DNA from: Kiritimatiellia bacterium
GTDB lineage: Bacteria > Verrucomicrobiota > Kiritimatiellia > RFP12 > UBA1067
DNA: 64,000 bases
Assembly: GCA_024405265.1 (NCBI GenBank)
Contig: JAKSOZ010000003.1
Location: forward strand, 17,498-81,497
Direction of reading: 5' to 3'
A program made the position numbers and the translations under genes. Positions within the stretch are counted from its first letter, which is position 1. The number at the start of each line of letters is the position of its first letter. The notes beneath the pieces were generated by a model. It made no database searches, had not been told where the DNA came from, and saw only the letters and a program-made list of their open reading frames with translations. Of the stretch, positions 38,041-48,364 are shown one piece after another.

Positions 38041-39771
38041 TTAGCCGAAGACCATGTCGGAAACGCTCTTGCCGGCGGGAATCATCGGATAGACGTTCGC
38101 ACGCGGCTCAACGATAACTTCGACGACGCAAGTCTTCTCGGAATCGATAGCTTCCTTCATCACAGCGTCGAGCTTCTTCGGGTCGATGACGCGATACGCC
38201 TTCGCACCATGCGCTTCGGCGAGCTTGCAGATATCGGGAAGATAGTCGTAATCGAGATCTTCGGGAATCTTCTCGTTTTTGCCGCGACCCTTCGGGGAAA
38301 GAATCGAGCCCGAATATTTCGCGTTATAGAAAAGTTCCTGCCACTGACGAACCATGCCGAGGCAGTTGTTGTTGATGACGACGAAAGTTACGGGGAGCTT
38401 ATGCTCGACCGCGACGATCACTTCTTCGAACGTCATCTGAGCGCCTCCGTCTCCACAGACCGCGACAACATCGAGATCGGGGCGACCGAACTGCGCACCG
38501 ATAGCAGCGGGGATACCGAAGCCCATCGTGCCCATACCGCCCGAAGAGAGGAAACGACGCGCGTGATTATGACGGAAATACTGAGCAGCCCACATCTGAT
38601 TCTGTCCGACGTCGGTAACGATTACCGCGTCACCATTCGAGGCCTTATCAATCGCTTCAATGACCTGCTGAGGCATGATGACGCCCTTGTGCATGATCGG
38701 GAACGTCATCGGCTGCTCTTTCTTCCAAGTTGCGATCTTTTCAACCCACTCCTTGTGCTCCGCGCGCTTGATGCGCGAATTGACGGTCGTGAGGACATCC
38801 TTCACATCGGCACAAATACCGAGATGCGCGACGACGTTCTTATCGATCGACGCGGGATCGAGATCGACATGGATGATCTTCGCGTTCGGCGCGTACTTCG
38901 CGACTTCGCCGATTACGCGGTCGGAGAAGCGAACACCTAGAGCGATTAAGACATCACACTCGTTAATCGCCCAGTTCGCGGCAGCAGAGCCGTGCATACC
39001 GGACATACCGAGCGAGAGCGGCGACTTTTCATCGAAGCTGCCTAAGCCCATAAGCGTCGTCGCAACGGGAATCTCGGCCTTCGCGGCGAGAGACGCGACA
39101 TCCTTCGCAGCGCCCGCAGCTATAACGCCGCCACCCGCGTAGATAACGGGCTTCTTCGCCTCGTTGATGAGCTTCGCCATCTTATTGAGCTCGCTCGTTC
39201 TCGCGGCCTGTTCGGGGTGATACGCGCGGAGAGAGACGCGCTCGGGATATTGAGCGTCGGTAAGCTCCTGCTGAACGTTCTTCGGGATATCGATAACGAC
39301 GGGACCGGGTTTACCATGAGTCGCGATGTAGAACGCCTGCGCAACGGTTTCCGGGATTTCCGCGGCGGATTTGACGAGGAAGCTGTGCTTCGTCACCGCG
39401 CGGCAGATTCCGCTCATGTCCGCTTCCTGGAAAGCGTCGGTACCGATCGCGGAGAGGGAAACCTGACCCGAGATAAGAACCATCGGGACGCCGTCCATGT
39501 TCGCGGTAGCGAGACCCGTAATCGTGTTCGTCGCGCCGGGACCCGAGGTAACGAGGCACACGCCGGGCTTACCGGTCGCGCGAGCATAACCGTCGGCCAT
39601 GTGCGCCGAACCCTGCTCATGACGACCTAAAACGAACTGGAACTTCGCCGTATCGAGCTCATTGAAAATATCGATAACCGTACCGCCCGGGTACCCGAAG
39701 AGCACCTCGACGCCGGCCTTTTCCAAACTTTCCACCAGGGCTTTCGCGCCCTTTCTCATCTGCCTTTTCAT
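38041..39771 (-). CDS. ilvB: Acetolactate synthase large subunit (biosynthetic type)
   Basis: 576 aa ThDP enzyme. VLFGYPGG, HEQGSAHMADGYAR, and ThDP-binding GDGGAQMTFEE...NN. Confidence 0.93.
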   Translation of the reverse strand: MKRQMRKGAKALVESLEKAGVEVLFGYPGGTVIDIFNELDTAKFQFVLGRHEQGSAHMADGYARATGKPGVCLVTSGPGATNTITGLATANMDGVPMVLISGQVSLSAIGTDAFQEADMSGICRAVTKHSFLVKSAAEIPETVAQAFYIATHGKPGPVVIDIPKNVQQELTDAQYPERVSLRAYHPEQAARTSELNKMAKLINEAKKPVIYAGGGVIAAGAAKDVASLAAKAEIPVATTLMGLGSFDEKSPLSLGMSGMHGSAAANWAINECDVLIALGVRFSDRVIGEVAKYAPNAKIIHVDLDPASIDKNVVAHLGICADVKDVLTTVNSRIKRAEHKEWVEKIATWKKEQPMTFPIMHKGVIMPQQVIEAIDKASNGDAVIVTDVGQNQMWAAQYFRHNHARRFLSSGGMGTMGFGIPAAIGAQFGRPDLDVVAVCGDGGAQMTFEEVIVAVEHKLPVTFVVINNNCLGMVRQWQELFYNAKYSGSILSPKGRGKNEKIPEDLDYDYLPDICKLAEAHGAKAYRVIDPKKLDAVMKEAIDSEKTCVVEVIVEPRANVYPMIPAGKSVSDMVFG

Positions 39772-39789
39772 TTTTGAATCTTTCTACCC

Positions 39790-41874
39790 TTAATAAATGA
39801 ACAGCATCTCGCGATATTTCGGGAGCGGCCAACGAGCATCATCGACCAAGTATTCGAGCTTGTCGACCGTCTTGCGCAAATCGCGCATCGCTTCGATCTG
39901 CTCCGCGTAGCTGCCCTTATCGAGAGCTTTTTCCATCTTCTCGCACTTTACGTGCAAATCGTCAAGACCCGCACCGAGCTTCAAGGAGAGCGCGGTAAGA
40001 CCACGAATGCCGACCTTAAGCCCGTCCTTCTTCGCCTGACCGATAGCGGTCGCAAGCCGCGAGAACTCGTCGGCGACTACCGGGCGAATCATCGAACGCG
40101 CAATCTCGAGCGTGATCGAGCCCTCAATACGAATGCGGCGCTCGTAATCTTCCATGCCGATCTCGTACCTCGCGTCCATTTCGGTTTCGGAAAGTACGCC
40201 GTACTTGACGAAGAGCGCCTTATTCGCCGCGTTCTTAAGCGGCTTAAGAGCTTCAATAGTATTCGCGAGATTCGGAAGTTTACGTTTCTTCGCTTCTTTC
40301 GGCCAGTCGGCGGAATATCCGTCACCCGAGAAGATGACGCGCTTGTGGGCCTTGATAAGACGCTGGAGAAGCGCTTGGAGATTCGTATTGAAGTCACCTT
40401 CCATCGCCTCCAACTTATCGCAAATCGCATCGATCGATTCGGCGACGATGGTGTTAAGAACCATCTGCGACTGCGCGCAGTTCTGCGAAGAGCCGGGCGC
40501 ACGGAACTCGAACTTATTACCCGTGAAAGCGAAAGGCGACGTGCGGTTACGATCGGTCGTATCGCGCGGCAAAACGGGAAGCGTATCGACGCCGATTTGC
40601 ATGCCCTTCCCACCTTCGCGCTTTTCGGCCTTGCCGGTTTCGATTTCCTTCATGACCGAGTTAAGCTCGTCACCGAGGAAGATCGAAATGATCGCGGGCG
40701 GCGCTTCGTTCGCGCCGAGACGATGATCGTTACCGGCCCCTGCCGTCGTCATGCGAAGAAGATCGGCGTGGAGATCGACGGCGCGGATAATCGCCGAGAG
40801 GAAGGTCAAAAAGAGCGCGTTCTCACGAGGATTGTTACCGGGCGAGAAGAGATTTTTGTCGCCATACGCGATCGACCAGTTGCAGTGCTTACCCGAGCCG
40901 TTGACGCCCTGGAACGGCTTTTCATGAAGAAGGCAAACTAGCCCGTTCTTCTCCGCCGTTTGGCGAAGAACTTCCATGATCAGCATATTGTGGTCAACGG
41001 CGAGATTAAGATCCTCGAACATCGGCGCAAGCTCGAACTGAGCGGGCGCGACTTCGTTGTGACGCGTCTTCGCGGGGATGCCGAGACGCCAGAGATTATC
41101 CTCGACCTCGGTCATGAACTTCAGAATGCGCGGACGAATCGAGCCGTAGTAGTGGTCGTCGAGCTGCTGATGCTTCGCAGGCGCGGCACCGAAAACCGTG
41201 CGACCGGTCTGAAGAAGATCGGGACGCTTCAAATAGAACGACTTGTCGATAAGGAAATATTCCTGCTCCGCGCCGAGCGTAATCGAGACATGTGCAGGCG
41301 GGACGCCGAACTTCTTCATGAGACGCTCGGTCGCTTTGGTGACGACCTGAATAGAGCGAAGAAGCGGAGTCTTCATATCGAGAGCGTCGCCGAGATACGA
41401 GCAGAACGCCGTCGGAATGCAAAGCGTCGCGCCGTTTTCGTGACGCTTGATGAAAGCGGGAGAGGTCGGATCCCAAGCGGTGTAGCCACGCGCTTCGAAA
41501 GTCGAGCGAAGACCGCCCGAGGGGAAGCTCGAAGCGTCCGCTTCGCCACCGATAAGATTCTTGCCCGAAAACTTGTAAATCGCCTCGGCGATACCGGCGG
41601 GCTCGAGGAACGCGTCGTGCTTTTCGGCCGTTCCGCCCGTAAGCGGCTGGAACCAGTGAGTGAAGTGCGTAGCGCCCTTCGCAAGCGCCCAGTTTTTAAG
41701 TCCTTCGGCGACCTTACCGGCAATCGAGGGATCGAGCGGCTTACCTTCGCGCATCGTCGCGAGAAGCTTCGTCGCTACCGTCTTCGGAAGATATTCCTTA
41801 ATCGCCTTTTCGGAAAAGACGTCTTCGCCGTACGAAGTTAAATCAGAGCTAATCATGTTGACGGAGGATTTCAT
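39790..41874 (-). CDS. glnN: Glutamine synthetase type III
   Basis: About 695 aa. THFTHWFQPLTGGTAEKHDAF and NGSGKHCNWS are GSIII signatures. Start ambiguous: ATG at 41874 or 41856. The track start 41943 overlaps rlmB by 95 nt. Confidence 0.88.
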   Translation of the reverse strand: MKSSVNMISSDLTSYGEDVFSEKAIKEYLPKTVATKLLATMREGKPLDPSIAGKVAEGLKNWALAKGATHFTHWFQPLTGGTAEKHDAFLEPAGIAEAIYKFSGKNLIGGEADASSFPSGGLRSTFEARGYTAWDPTSPAFIKRHENGATLCIPTAFCSYLGDALDMKTPLLRSIQVVTKATERLMKKFGVPPAHVSITLGAEQEYFLIDKSFYLKRPDLLQTGRTVFGAAPAKHQQLDDHYYGSIRPRILKFMTEVEDNLWRLGIPAKTRHNEVAPAQFELAPMFEDLNLAVDHNMLIMEVLRQTAEKNGLVCLLHEKPFQGVNGSGKHCNWSIAYGDKNLFSPGNNPRENALFLTFLSAIIRAVDLHADLLRMTTAGAGNDHRLGANEAPPAIISIFLGDELNSVMKEIETGKAEKREGGKGMQIGVDTLPVLPRDTTDRNRTSPFAFTGNKFEFRAPGSSQNCAQSQMVLNTIVAESIDAICDKLEAMEGDFNTNLQALLQRLIKAHKRVIFSGDGYSADWPKEAKKRKLPNLANTIEALKPLKNAANKALFVKYGVLSETEMDARYEIGMEDYERRIRIEGSITLEIARSMIRPVVADEFSRLATAIGQAKKDGLKVGIRGLTALSLKLGAGLDDLHVKCEKMEKALDKGSYAEQIEAMRDLRKTVDKLEYLVDDARWPLPKYREMLFIY

Positions 41875-42622
41875 ACATCGTGACCGCGGCAGCGACACCG
41901 GCATTAAGCGACTCGAAGCCGCCCGGCATCGGGAGTTCCGCAATAAAATCGCAGTTCCCGCGCACTAAACGCGAGATGCCGCTTCCTTCGGCGCCGACGA
42001 CGAGGCCGACGCGACCTTTAAAATCGATTTCGGTATACTTCTTCGCGTCCTTGCCCCAATCGAGGCCGGTCATCCAAAGTCCCGCTTCCTTGAGTTCTTC
42101 GATGGCACGAACGAGGTTGACGACATGAGCGACTTTGATATGCTCCGCGCCGCCCGCAGAAGCGCGAACTGCCGCGGGAGTAATACCGCAGGCACGATCT
42201 TCAGGGATGATTACGCCCTTCGCACCGATAGCGCAAGCCGTACGGAGAATCGAACCGACATTCTGAGGATCTTCGAGGTGATCGAGAATGATAACTATCG
42301 AGTTCTCATCTTCCTCGACATCGGCAATGATATCCTCGATTCCAACGTAAGGATAGCCGGTCGTTTTAAGTGCGACGCCCTGATGATGGCCGAAGCGAGT
42401 GAGCTTATCGAGTTGGTCGCGCTCCATCGTGCGAATGACAAGTCGACGAGCGCGCGCTTCGTCGCGAAGACGCTGAATCTGATCGTCTTCCTCGGGCATA
42501 TACGCGGGAAGGACGATTTCACTAGCCGTGCGACGACCCGCCGCGAGAGCTTCTTCGACGGGATTACGCCCGTAAATCCACTCGCCGCCGGTGACGAGTT
42601 CTCTAGGACCCTTACCGCGCAT
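41849..42622 (-). CDS. rlmB: 23S rRNA 2-prime-O-ribose methyltransferase (SpoU/TrmH group 3, RlmB-like)
   Basis: 257 aa. IYGRNPVEEAL substrate-binding N-domain, then LDHLEDPQNVGSILRTA and SLNAGVAAAV SPOUT motifs. Confidence 0.85.
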   Translation of the reverse strand: MRGKGPRELVTGGEWIYGRNPVEEALAAGRRTASEIVLPAYMPEEDDQIQRLRDEARARRLVIRTMERDQLDKLTRFGHHQGVALKTTGYPYVGIEDIIADVEEDENSIVIILDHLEDPQNVGSILRTACAIGAKGVIIPEDRACGITPAAVRASAGGAEHIKVAHVVNLVRAIEELKEAGLWMTGLDWGKDAKKYTEIDFKGRVGLVVGAEGSGISRLVRGNCDFIAELPMPGGFESLNAGVAAAVTMYEILRQHD

Positions 42623-43131
42623 TACATTCCACCTATACCGGGAATAACCCCTTTAGCACCCTTCGCCGGAGCTTCGATTTCCGCCTGAACGACCTCGACC
42701 TGCTCCTGATCTATCCAAAATTTGATCTTTTCGCCGCGAACCATTTGTGTCCCGTCGGACTTCTCGTCGCGAACTTCGGCCTTTATGTCATCACCGGAAT
42801 AAATGACCACGAGACCGTTATCCTTGTAATAAGAAACCTTGCCGCCGTAAGCGCGTCGAGTATCGTTTGTAAGCGCAACATGGCCTATCGCCACGATTCG
42901 ACTTAAGTCATTCGTTCCCTGAAGGAAGACATAGGCCTTATCGGCATGCATCTGATATTGCTCATCATCGACATGAACGTTTCCGGTAAGCTGAATGACG
43001 CCTTCCTTACGATCATAAAAGGTCGAATCCGAAGTGATTTTAGCGTTACGAACGACTTTCCCCGTCTCTTCGGCAGCGAATGCCACCAAGACGGAAAAAA
43101 GAGCGGAAATGACGAGTGTAGACTTTCTCAT
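42622..43131 (-). CDS. lptA: OstA-like periplasmic LPS transport protein (LptA-like)
   Basis: 169 aa. Signal peptide, then an OstA_N-like pattern ITSDSTFYDRKEGVIQLTGNVHVDDEQYQMHADKAYVF. Confidence 0.6.
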   Translation of the reverse strand: MRKSTLVISALFSVLVAFAAEETGKVVRNAKITSDSTFYDRKEGVIQLTGNVHVDDEQYQMHADKAYVFLQGTNDLSRIVAIGHVALTNDTRRAYGGKVSYYKDNGLVVIYSGDDIKAEVRDEKSDGTQMVRGEKIKFWIDQEQVEVVQAEIEAPAKGAKGVIPGIGGM

Positions 43132-43137
43132 ACGGTA

Positions 43138-43146
43138 ATTATATCA
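43138..43146 (-). promoter_or_regulatory. Putative extended -10 promoter (TGATATAAT) with -35 TTGAGC, leaderless lptA-like transcript
   Basis: Minus strand reads TTGAGC-17 nt-TATAAT-TACCGT-ATG. The A of the ATG (43131) is the 7th nt after the hexamer. Confidence 0.55.
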
Positions 43147-44268
43147 TATTTGTACTTTACGCTCAACCCTCGAGCCTAACGAACATATGATATCGTAGGC
43201 GTGAGTACCCTTGAATTGAGCCCAATCATCGGGAGTAATCGAATCATTCCCGAACTTACCGAAACAAATGACTTCATCACCCGGCTTCACGTCTTCGACA
43301 TCCGAGACGTCGACCGTCGTGTAATCCATCGAGATTCTTCCGATTATTTTACAACGCTTTCCGCCGATTACCACCTGTCCTCGATTAGTAAGCGCCAACG
43401 GCAGGCCATCAGCATAGCCGGCAGAAATCGTTGCTACCTTAGTCGGCGCGTTCAAGCACCAGGTACGTCCATAGCCGAGCGTTGTACCTGCCGGCAGCAT
43501 ACGGACCTGCGCAACGCGAGTCTTGAGCGTCAATGTCGGCTCGACTTCGAGTGCTTTAAGACCATAAGGATCGAAACTTCCATGAAGATTGATGCCGGTT
43601 CTGACCATATTGAAGGGCGCGGAAAACGCCTCCGGGAAATTATTGATCGCATCGGAAGCGGCGATATGTATCTTCTTGAAAATACAACCTCTTGCGTTGG
43701 CCTCCTCAACGATTGATTTGAAACGCGCTATTTGTTTGGCGGTAAAAGGATCTTTCGGATCGTAAGCCATCGGGCAATGCGAGAAGATTCCTTCTGTTTC
43801 AAGGTTACTCAACTTGCGAACCTTTTCAATCGTCTCAAGAGCTTCATCCGCTAGAATCCCAAGTCTTCCCATCCCGGTATCGAGTTTGAAATGGACCCGC
43901 GCTTTCTTTCCCAGTTTCTCTGCAGCTTGTGAAATCAACTGCGCGCTCGGTAGGTCTATTATCGGCAGTATTATATCCGCCTCTACCATCTCTTCGATTT
44001 CGTCGGGAAGTATACTGGAGAGAATCTGGATATTGGCGTTCTGATTCAAGACTTTCTTGAGTTCAAGCGCCTCGAACGGTTCCGCGACTCCGAAATCCCG
44101 CGCGCCCGCTTCATAAAGCGCTTTCGCATAAGGAGCGACTCCGAGTCCATAGGCATTCGCCTTAAGAACGACCAAGACTTTCAAGGGTTCGACGTGGGCT
44201 GCGATCTTTCGATAATTACGAACAAGCGCCTCCAAGTCGATAACGACTTCAACACGATGTTTCATCAA
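43144..44268 (-). CDS. alr: Alanine racemase
   Basis: 374 aa. PLP site VVLKANAYGLG plus C-terminal beta domain. Confidence 0.92.
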   Translation of the reverse strand: MMKHRVEVVIDLEALVRNYRKIAAHVEPLKVLVVLKANAYGLGVAPYAKALYEAGARDFGVAEPFEALELKKVLNQNANIQILSSILPDEIEEMVEADIILPIIDLPSAQLISQAAEKLGKKARVHFKLDTGMGRLGILADEALETIEKVRKLSNLETEGIFSHCPMAYDPKDPFTAKQIARFKSIVEEANARGCIFKKIHIAASDAINNFPEAFSAPFNMVRTGINLHGSFDPYGLKALEVEPTLTLKTRVAQVRMLPAGTTLGYGRTWCLNAPTKVATISAGYADGLPLALTNRGQVVIGGKRCKIIGRISMDYTTVDVSDVEDVKPGDEVICFGKFGNDSITPDDWAQFKGTHAYDIICSLGSRVERKVQI

Positions 44269-44865
44269 TCAAATCCTAACCGCCGCTATCGCGCGGCGAA
44301 AACGAATTTTAGCGGCCTCAGGATCTTTCTCGACCCCAAGACGCATGCGGAACGCGGCGGATTCCATTATCGAATAAAGAACGTCCGCCGTATTCTCGGG
44401 ATCAAGCGAACTCTTACACTCTTTATTCTCGATCGCTTCACGAATAAGTTCGGCGAAGACAACTCGCAACTTGCCGGTGAAGAGCTCTATACGCTCGCTC
44501 ATATCATGCCCCGCGTTAACCATTGAGAACACGTAATCGCAGACCGCAGCAAAAAACTCTTTGCGCTCATGGAAGGTCTCGGCGACGAGCGTGCAAACTT
44601 TATCGATTCTTTCGGTAGCCGGGATCCGCTGTTCGCATATAACACGGATATTGTCGCCTAGTCCCTGCGTAAGCTCGCTTATCGCCGCGTCGAAAATATC
44701 ACGTTTTGTAGTGAAGTACCTATAGAGCACGGTTCTGGCGACGCCGGTAGCTTCGGCGATCTCGCGAAACGAAACCTTGGAAAAACCGATTTGAGCGAAT
44801 AGGCGCATTGCCTTCATCACCACCATCCGCTTTCTTTCGGAATGGTCGATAGTCGTCTTAGCCAT
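44269..44865 (-). CDS. TetR/AcrR family transcriptional regulator
   Basis: 198 aa. N-terminal HTH FSKVSFREIAEATGVARTVLYRYFTTKRDIF. Confidence 0.9.
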   Translation of the reverse strand: MAKTTIDHSERKRMVVMKAMRLFAQIGFSKVSFREIAEATGVARTVLYRYFTTKRDIFDAAISELTQGLGDNIRVICEQRIPATERIDKVCTLVAETFHERKEFFAAVCDYVFSMVNAGHDMSERIELFTGKLRVVFAELIREAIENKECKSSLDPENTADVLYSIMESAAFRMRLGVEKDPEAAKIRFRRAIAAVRI

Positions 44866-45289
44866 GATTCACCGAGTATTCCATAGCTTCCGAGTAGGAC
44901 TGGAATTTCTTACCCGAAAAAGTCTTTTCGGCAACCATACCGACATAAGAGACGCGACGAAAATCTTCGCGCTCCTTCGGCTCGGTCAAGTGAACTTCAA
45001 TGACCCGCGCCTTAACCGCCTTGATCGCGTCAAGAATCGCGACCGACGTGTGAGTATAAGCGGCAGCATTCAGAATTATGGCATCGAAAACACCACGGGA
45101 CTGCTGAATCCAATCTACAAGCACTCCCTCATGATTCGTTTGTCTGCACTCGACCTCGCATCCTAGTCGCGAAGCGGTTTCGACAAGGAACCTTTTCAAA
45201 TCTTCGTATGTCTCTTTTCCGTAAAGTTCGGGCTCCCTCAATCCCAAGAGATTGAGGTTAGGCCCATTCAACACCAATATTTTTTTCAT
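44858..45289 (-). CDS. aroQ: Type II 3-dehydroquinate dehydratase
   Basis: 143 aa. ILVLNGPNLNLLGLREPELYG and QTNHEG. Confidence 0.95.
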   Translation of the reverse strand: MKKILVLNGPNLNLLGLREPELYGKETYEDLKRFLVETASRLGCEVECRQTNHEGVLVDWIQQSRGVFDAIILNAAAYTHTSVAILDAIKAVKARVIEVHLTEPKEREDFRRVSYVGMVAEKTFSGKKFQSYSEAMEYSVNHG

Positions 45290-45290
45290 T

Positions 45291-46634
45291 TCAGTAGACC
45301 GAGAGCCAAACGCCCATCTTCACGAGTTCCTCGGCATCAAGCGCATAAACCGGATCGATTTCGAGCGGTACGCCTTCCTTGACCGAAACTCCGGCCTTCT
45401 CCATCCACTTCGCCCACTTGGCGATCATATCGGCCTTGCAGGTCGCAGGAGAGTCGTTTCCTTCCGCGTTCTTGACGGGCGAGAACTCCTCTTTCTGGTC
45501 GAAGGCGAGAAACGCCGCGCGCTTCGCGTTCGGGAGGATATCGAAAATGAACTTCTCGAACTTATAACCGTTCGGCGCGTCGGGCTTGACGACCTTTCCG
45601 TCGACGACGGTCGGGATTTTCTTGAACGCGAGATGAAGCGGCATGTTCTTGGAAGCTTCGCGTTCGAGGAACGCGCGATCGAAAACGTGAATCGCTGGAG
45701 ACCCGTATAGGAAGTAGAGCTTACCCGACTTGTCCTTACGATTGCACTGCTCGTCGCTCATCTCGGTATATTCGACCATGCGATATTCGCCCGAGGGGAA
45801 CTTCATTGGCATACCGACCTTCTCGTAGGGATCGCGCTTCGCGCAGAGCTTGAGCGAATATTCCGACTTCTCCATGACGTGATAGCCGATAAACGCGGGG
45901 TCGGCGATCTCGACCAAAGGATTATCGACCTGAAAGAAGAACACGGACGAAATGCCGCGCTTCTTCATATCGGCGAGAGCGCCGGAGCGCTTGAGCGCGG
46001 CGAGAAGTCCGCCGTGCCCGTCGGGGCTCATGAAGACGTGACCGGGCTCGTCGAGGATGATCTTACCCTCGGCGGTCATTCCGGGCCACATTCCCTGCGT
46101 GAAGAAAAAGACGTCCTTCGGATCGAGCCCGAAGTAGTCGTTCTCCTCAAAGCACTTCACCGTCGCCGCGTTGTTCGCTTCCGAGGTCATCACGTAGAAC
46201 GGGATCGGCTTACCGTAACGAATCGAACGCGCGAGAATCTTGCGAGCATGGAAATAGAAAAGCGGCTCGCCGGTTATCGGTCCGATCGAATAGCAGCCCT
46301 TGGGGCCGTCATAGCCGAGACGCGAGCCCTGTCCGCCCGCGACGAGAAGCGCGGCGACCTTACCAGCTTTAAGTTCTTTCTCGCCCGCTTCGATCGCCTT
46401 CTTCAAAGCCGCGCCCTTCAGAACCGCGACTTTCGGAGCCTTACCCTTCGAGCTATCGATCTTATCTCCGCCCTTCTTGAGAGCCTCGGCGCAATACTTG
46501 ACGTTCTTGGGCTCGATAGTGGAAACCTGTTTCAACAGCTCACCCTGCGCCTTCTTGGAAAGCTTCTTATAGTAAGCGAGGACATGCTCCTGTCCGCAGC
46601 TCTTAAGCATTTTCTCAGCTTCTAAGTACGTCAT
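45291..46634 (-). CDS. UDP-sugar (UDP-N-acetylhexosamine-type) pyrophosphorylase, UDPGP type 1 family
   Basis: 447 aa. LLVAGGQGSRLGYDGPKGCY and SPDGHGG are eukaryote-type UAP/UGP motifs. Confidence 0.8.
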   Translation of the reverse strand: MTYLEAEKMLKSCGQEHVLAYYKKLSKKAQGELLKQVSTIEPKNVKYCAEALKKGGDKIDSSKGKAPKVAVLKGAALKKAIEAGEKELKAGKVAALLVAGGQGSRLGYDGPKGCYSIGPITGEPLFYFHARKILARSIRYGKPIPFYVMTSEANNAATVKCFEENDYFGLDPKDVFFFTQGMWPGMTAEGKIILDEPGHVFMSPDGHGGLLAALKRSGALADMKKRGISSVFFFQVDNPLVEIADPAFIGYHVMEKSEYSLKLCAKRDPYEKVGMPMKFPSGEYRMVEYTEMSDEQCNRKDKSGKLYFLYGSPAIHVFDRAFLEREASKNMPLHLAFKKIPTVVDGKVVKPDAPNGYKFEKFIFDILPNAKRAAFLAFDQKEEFSPVKNAEGNDSPATCKADMIAKWAKWMEKAGVSVKEGVPLEIDPVYALDAEELVKMGVWLSVY

Positions 46635-46638
46635 GTTT

Positions 46639-47526
46639 TTACTCCTTTACAGGTTCGAGAATCCAGCGTTTATTATACCAAAACCAATCTTCAGGACGCT
46701 TCTTGATTTCGCTGTCCAAGAGCGAGAGCGTTTCTTTCATAAGTTCTTCAGCCGTCTTACCTTCGGGTCTCAACGTCGCGAGATGATTGAAAACGTGCTT
46801 ATCGCCTTCGCGAGACATAATCGCGACCACGATAGGACACGAACACTTGATCGCGAACATCGCGCCCGCTCTACTCACGTTCGCCTTACCGTTCAGAAAA
46901 TCGACTTCGACATCTTTCTTCATCACGCGCAAATCCGGCAGAATCGCGAACGCGCGTCCGCTTTGAAGATTACGCTTGATCTTAACGAGCGTATCTCTTT
47001 CGTCGCGCTCCAAGACCTCGATATCGAGATACATTTTATTCATCCACGCGGTGATCTTCGGGTTACGCTGCTTAGCCGCGATAGCGAAAAGCGGCAGCCC
47101 GTATTTGGCCATCGACCACGCCGCCATATACCAGTTACCGGAATGAGGAACCATAATGACGACGCCGCGACCTTCATCGACATAACTTTGAAGTTTTTTC
47201 TTATACTCGAGGCCGTCCTTAACGTGTTTATCCATCCACTCCCGAGTAAGTTTCGGCGCTCTTATCATCTCGATGATGTTTTTCAAGAGATTCACGAGGC
47301 TACCGATAGCGATACGGCGGACTTCCGCGTCCGACTTCTCCGGAAAGACCGAACGGATACGCGCTTCGGTACGTTTGCGATGAAGCCCCACGCGATTTAC
47401 CAGGAACGCTCCGAGCCACTCGGCGATTCTCATGGCCTTCGAATAAGGAATCGCGTTCACGACCATGCACATGAAGCGCAAGGCGAAATACTCGACATTA
47501 ATCGTTAATTTTGATTTAGTTGCCAA
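46639..47526 (-). CDS. Lipid A late acyltransferase / lysophospholipid acyltransferase (LpxL/HtrB family)
   Basis: 295 aa. PHSGNWYMAAW (HxGNW acyltransferase motif). TTG start at 47526 with AAGGGAA SD. Confidence 0.72.
   Translation of the reverse strand: MATKSKLTINVEYFALRFMCMVVNAIPYSKAMRIAEWLGAFLVNRVGLHRKRTEARIRSVFPEKSDAEVRRIAIGSLVNLLKNIIEMIRAPKLTREWMDKHVKDGLEYKKKLQSYVDEGRGVVIMVPHSGNWYMAAWSMAKYGLPLFAIAAKQRNPKITAWMNKMYLDIEVLERDERDTLVKIKRNLQSGRAFAILPDLRVMKKDVEVDFLNGKANVSRAGAMFAIKCSCPIVVAIMSREGDKHVFNHLATLRPEGKTAEELMKETLSLLDSEIKKRPEDWFWYNKRWILEPVKE
46672..46680 (-). promoter_or_regulatory. Putative internal extended -10 promoter (TGGTATAAT) for the pyrophosphorylase gene
   Basis: Minus-strand TTTTGGTATAAT inside the 3-prime end of the acyltransferase gene, about 38 nt upstream of ATG 46634. 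The AAGGAG SD lies in the predicted leader. Confidence 0.4.
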
Positions 47527-47553
47527 TCTGAATCATTCCCTTAATCTACGTAT

Positions 47554-47562
47554 ATTATACCA
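47554..47562 (-). promoter_or_regulatory. Putative extended -10 promoter (TGGTATAAT) for the acyltransferase gene
   Basis: Minus-strand TTTGGTATAAT overlapping the dapF stop codon. Predicted leader about 21 nt containing the SD. Confidence 0.45.
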
Positions 47563-48364
47563 AATCCGATTCCATAAGAGAATCACAATCTATCTCGCCC
47601 TCGTAAACTTTTTTCACCGGTCCGGTCAAAGTAAGGTTATGAATCTTGTCTTGTTCGACTTCAGCATTGACGATAAGCTCATATCCCTGAATCGTGGTTA
47701 CGCGCACCGGGAACTCAAGTCCGTAATCCATGACTCCGATTACCGCCGAGGCGACCGCTCCGGTTCCGCAGGCTCCGGTTTCCGCTTCGACGCCCCGCTC
47801 GTAAGTGCGAATGGATACGCGCGAAGGCGCTCTGAACGAGACGAAATCGACGTTGGTACCTTCGGGCGCAAACTGCGGTGAGAGCCGAATACGCCGGCCT
47901 TCGCCTTCCACGTCCGTCTTGGCAAGGTTCTCCACGACCACGATCTTATGAGGAACTCCGACAACACAGAAATCGTCCGCCTTGTTTTGAGGATCCGGCA
48001 TCTTGACTCTGACGAGCTCTGCGGAGAGTATTTCCGCCTCGATAACTCCGGCTATCGTCTCAAAGCGCATCTTGTCTTGTTTGGCCGCGCCGATCGAGCG
48101 CGCGAACGCCGCGACGCACCTCGCGCCGTTTCCGCATAGCGCAACCTCGGAGCCATCAGGATTGAAGAAACGCATCTTGAAATCGGCGCTTTCGCTTTTT
48201 TGAACGAGGATGACTCCTTCCGAGCCGATTCCGATTCGTCTGGTGGCCATCGCTGCGATTTTGCGCCCTTCTTCGGGGAATTCGAGCGCTCGGTCATCGA
48301 CCAAAATGAAGTCGTTGCCGGCGCCATGCATTTTTACGAAATGAATCTTCTTCACATCCACCAC
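47555..48364 (-). CDS. dapF: Diaminopimelate epimerase
   Basis: 269 aa. KMHGAGNDFILVD, plus catalytic cysteines in LCGNGARC and ACGTGA. Confidence 0.95.
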   Translation of the reverse strand: MVDVKKIHFVKMHGAGNDFILVDDRALEFPEEGRKIAAMATRRIGIGSEGVILVQKSESADFKMRFFNPDGSEVALCGNGARCVAAFARSIGAAKQDKMRFETIAGVIEAEILSAELVRVKMPDPQNKADDFCVVGVPHKIVVVENLAKTDVEGEGRRIRLSPQFAPEGTNVDFVSFRAPSRVSIRTYERGVEAETGACGTGAVASAVIGVMDYGLEFPVRVTTIQGYELIVNAEVEQDKIHNLTLTGPVKKVYEGEIDCDSLMESDLV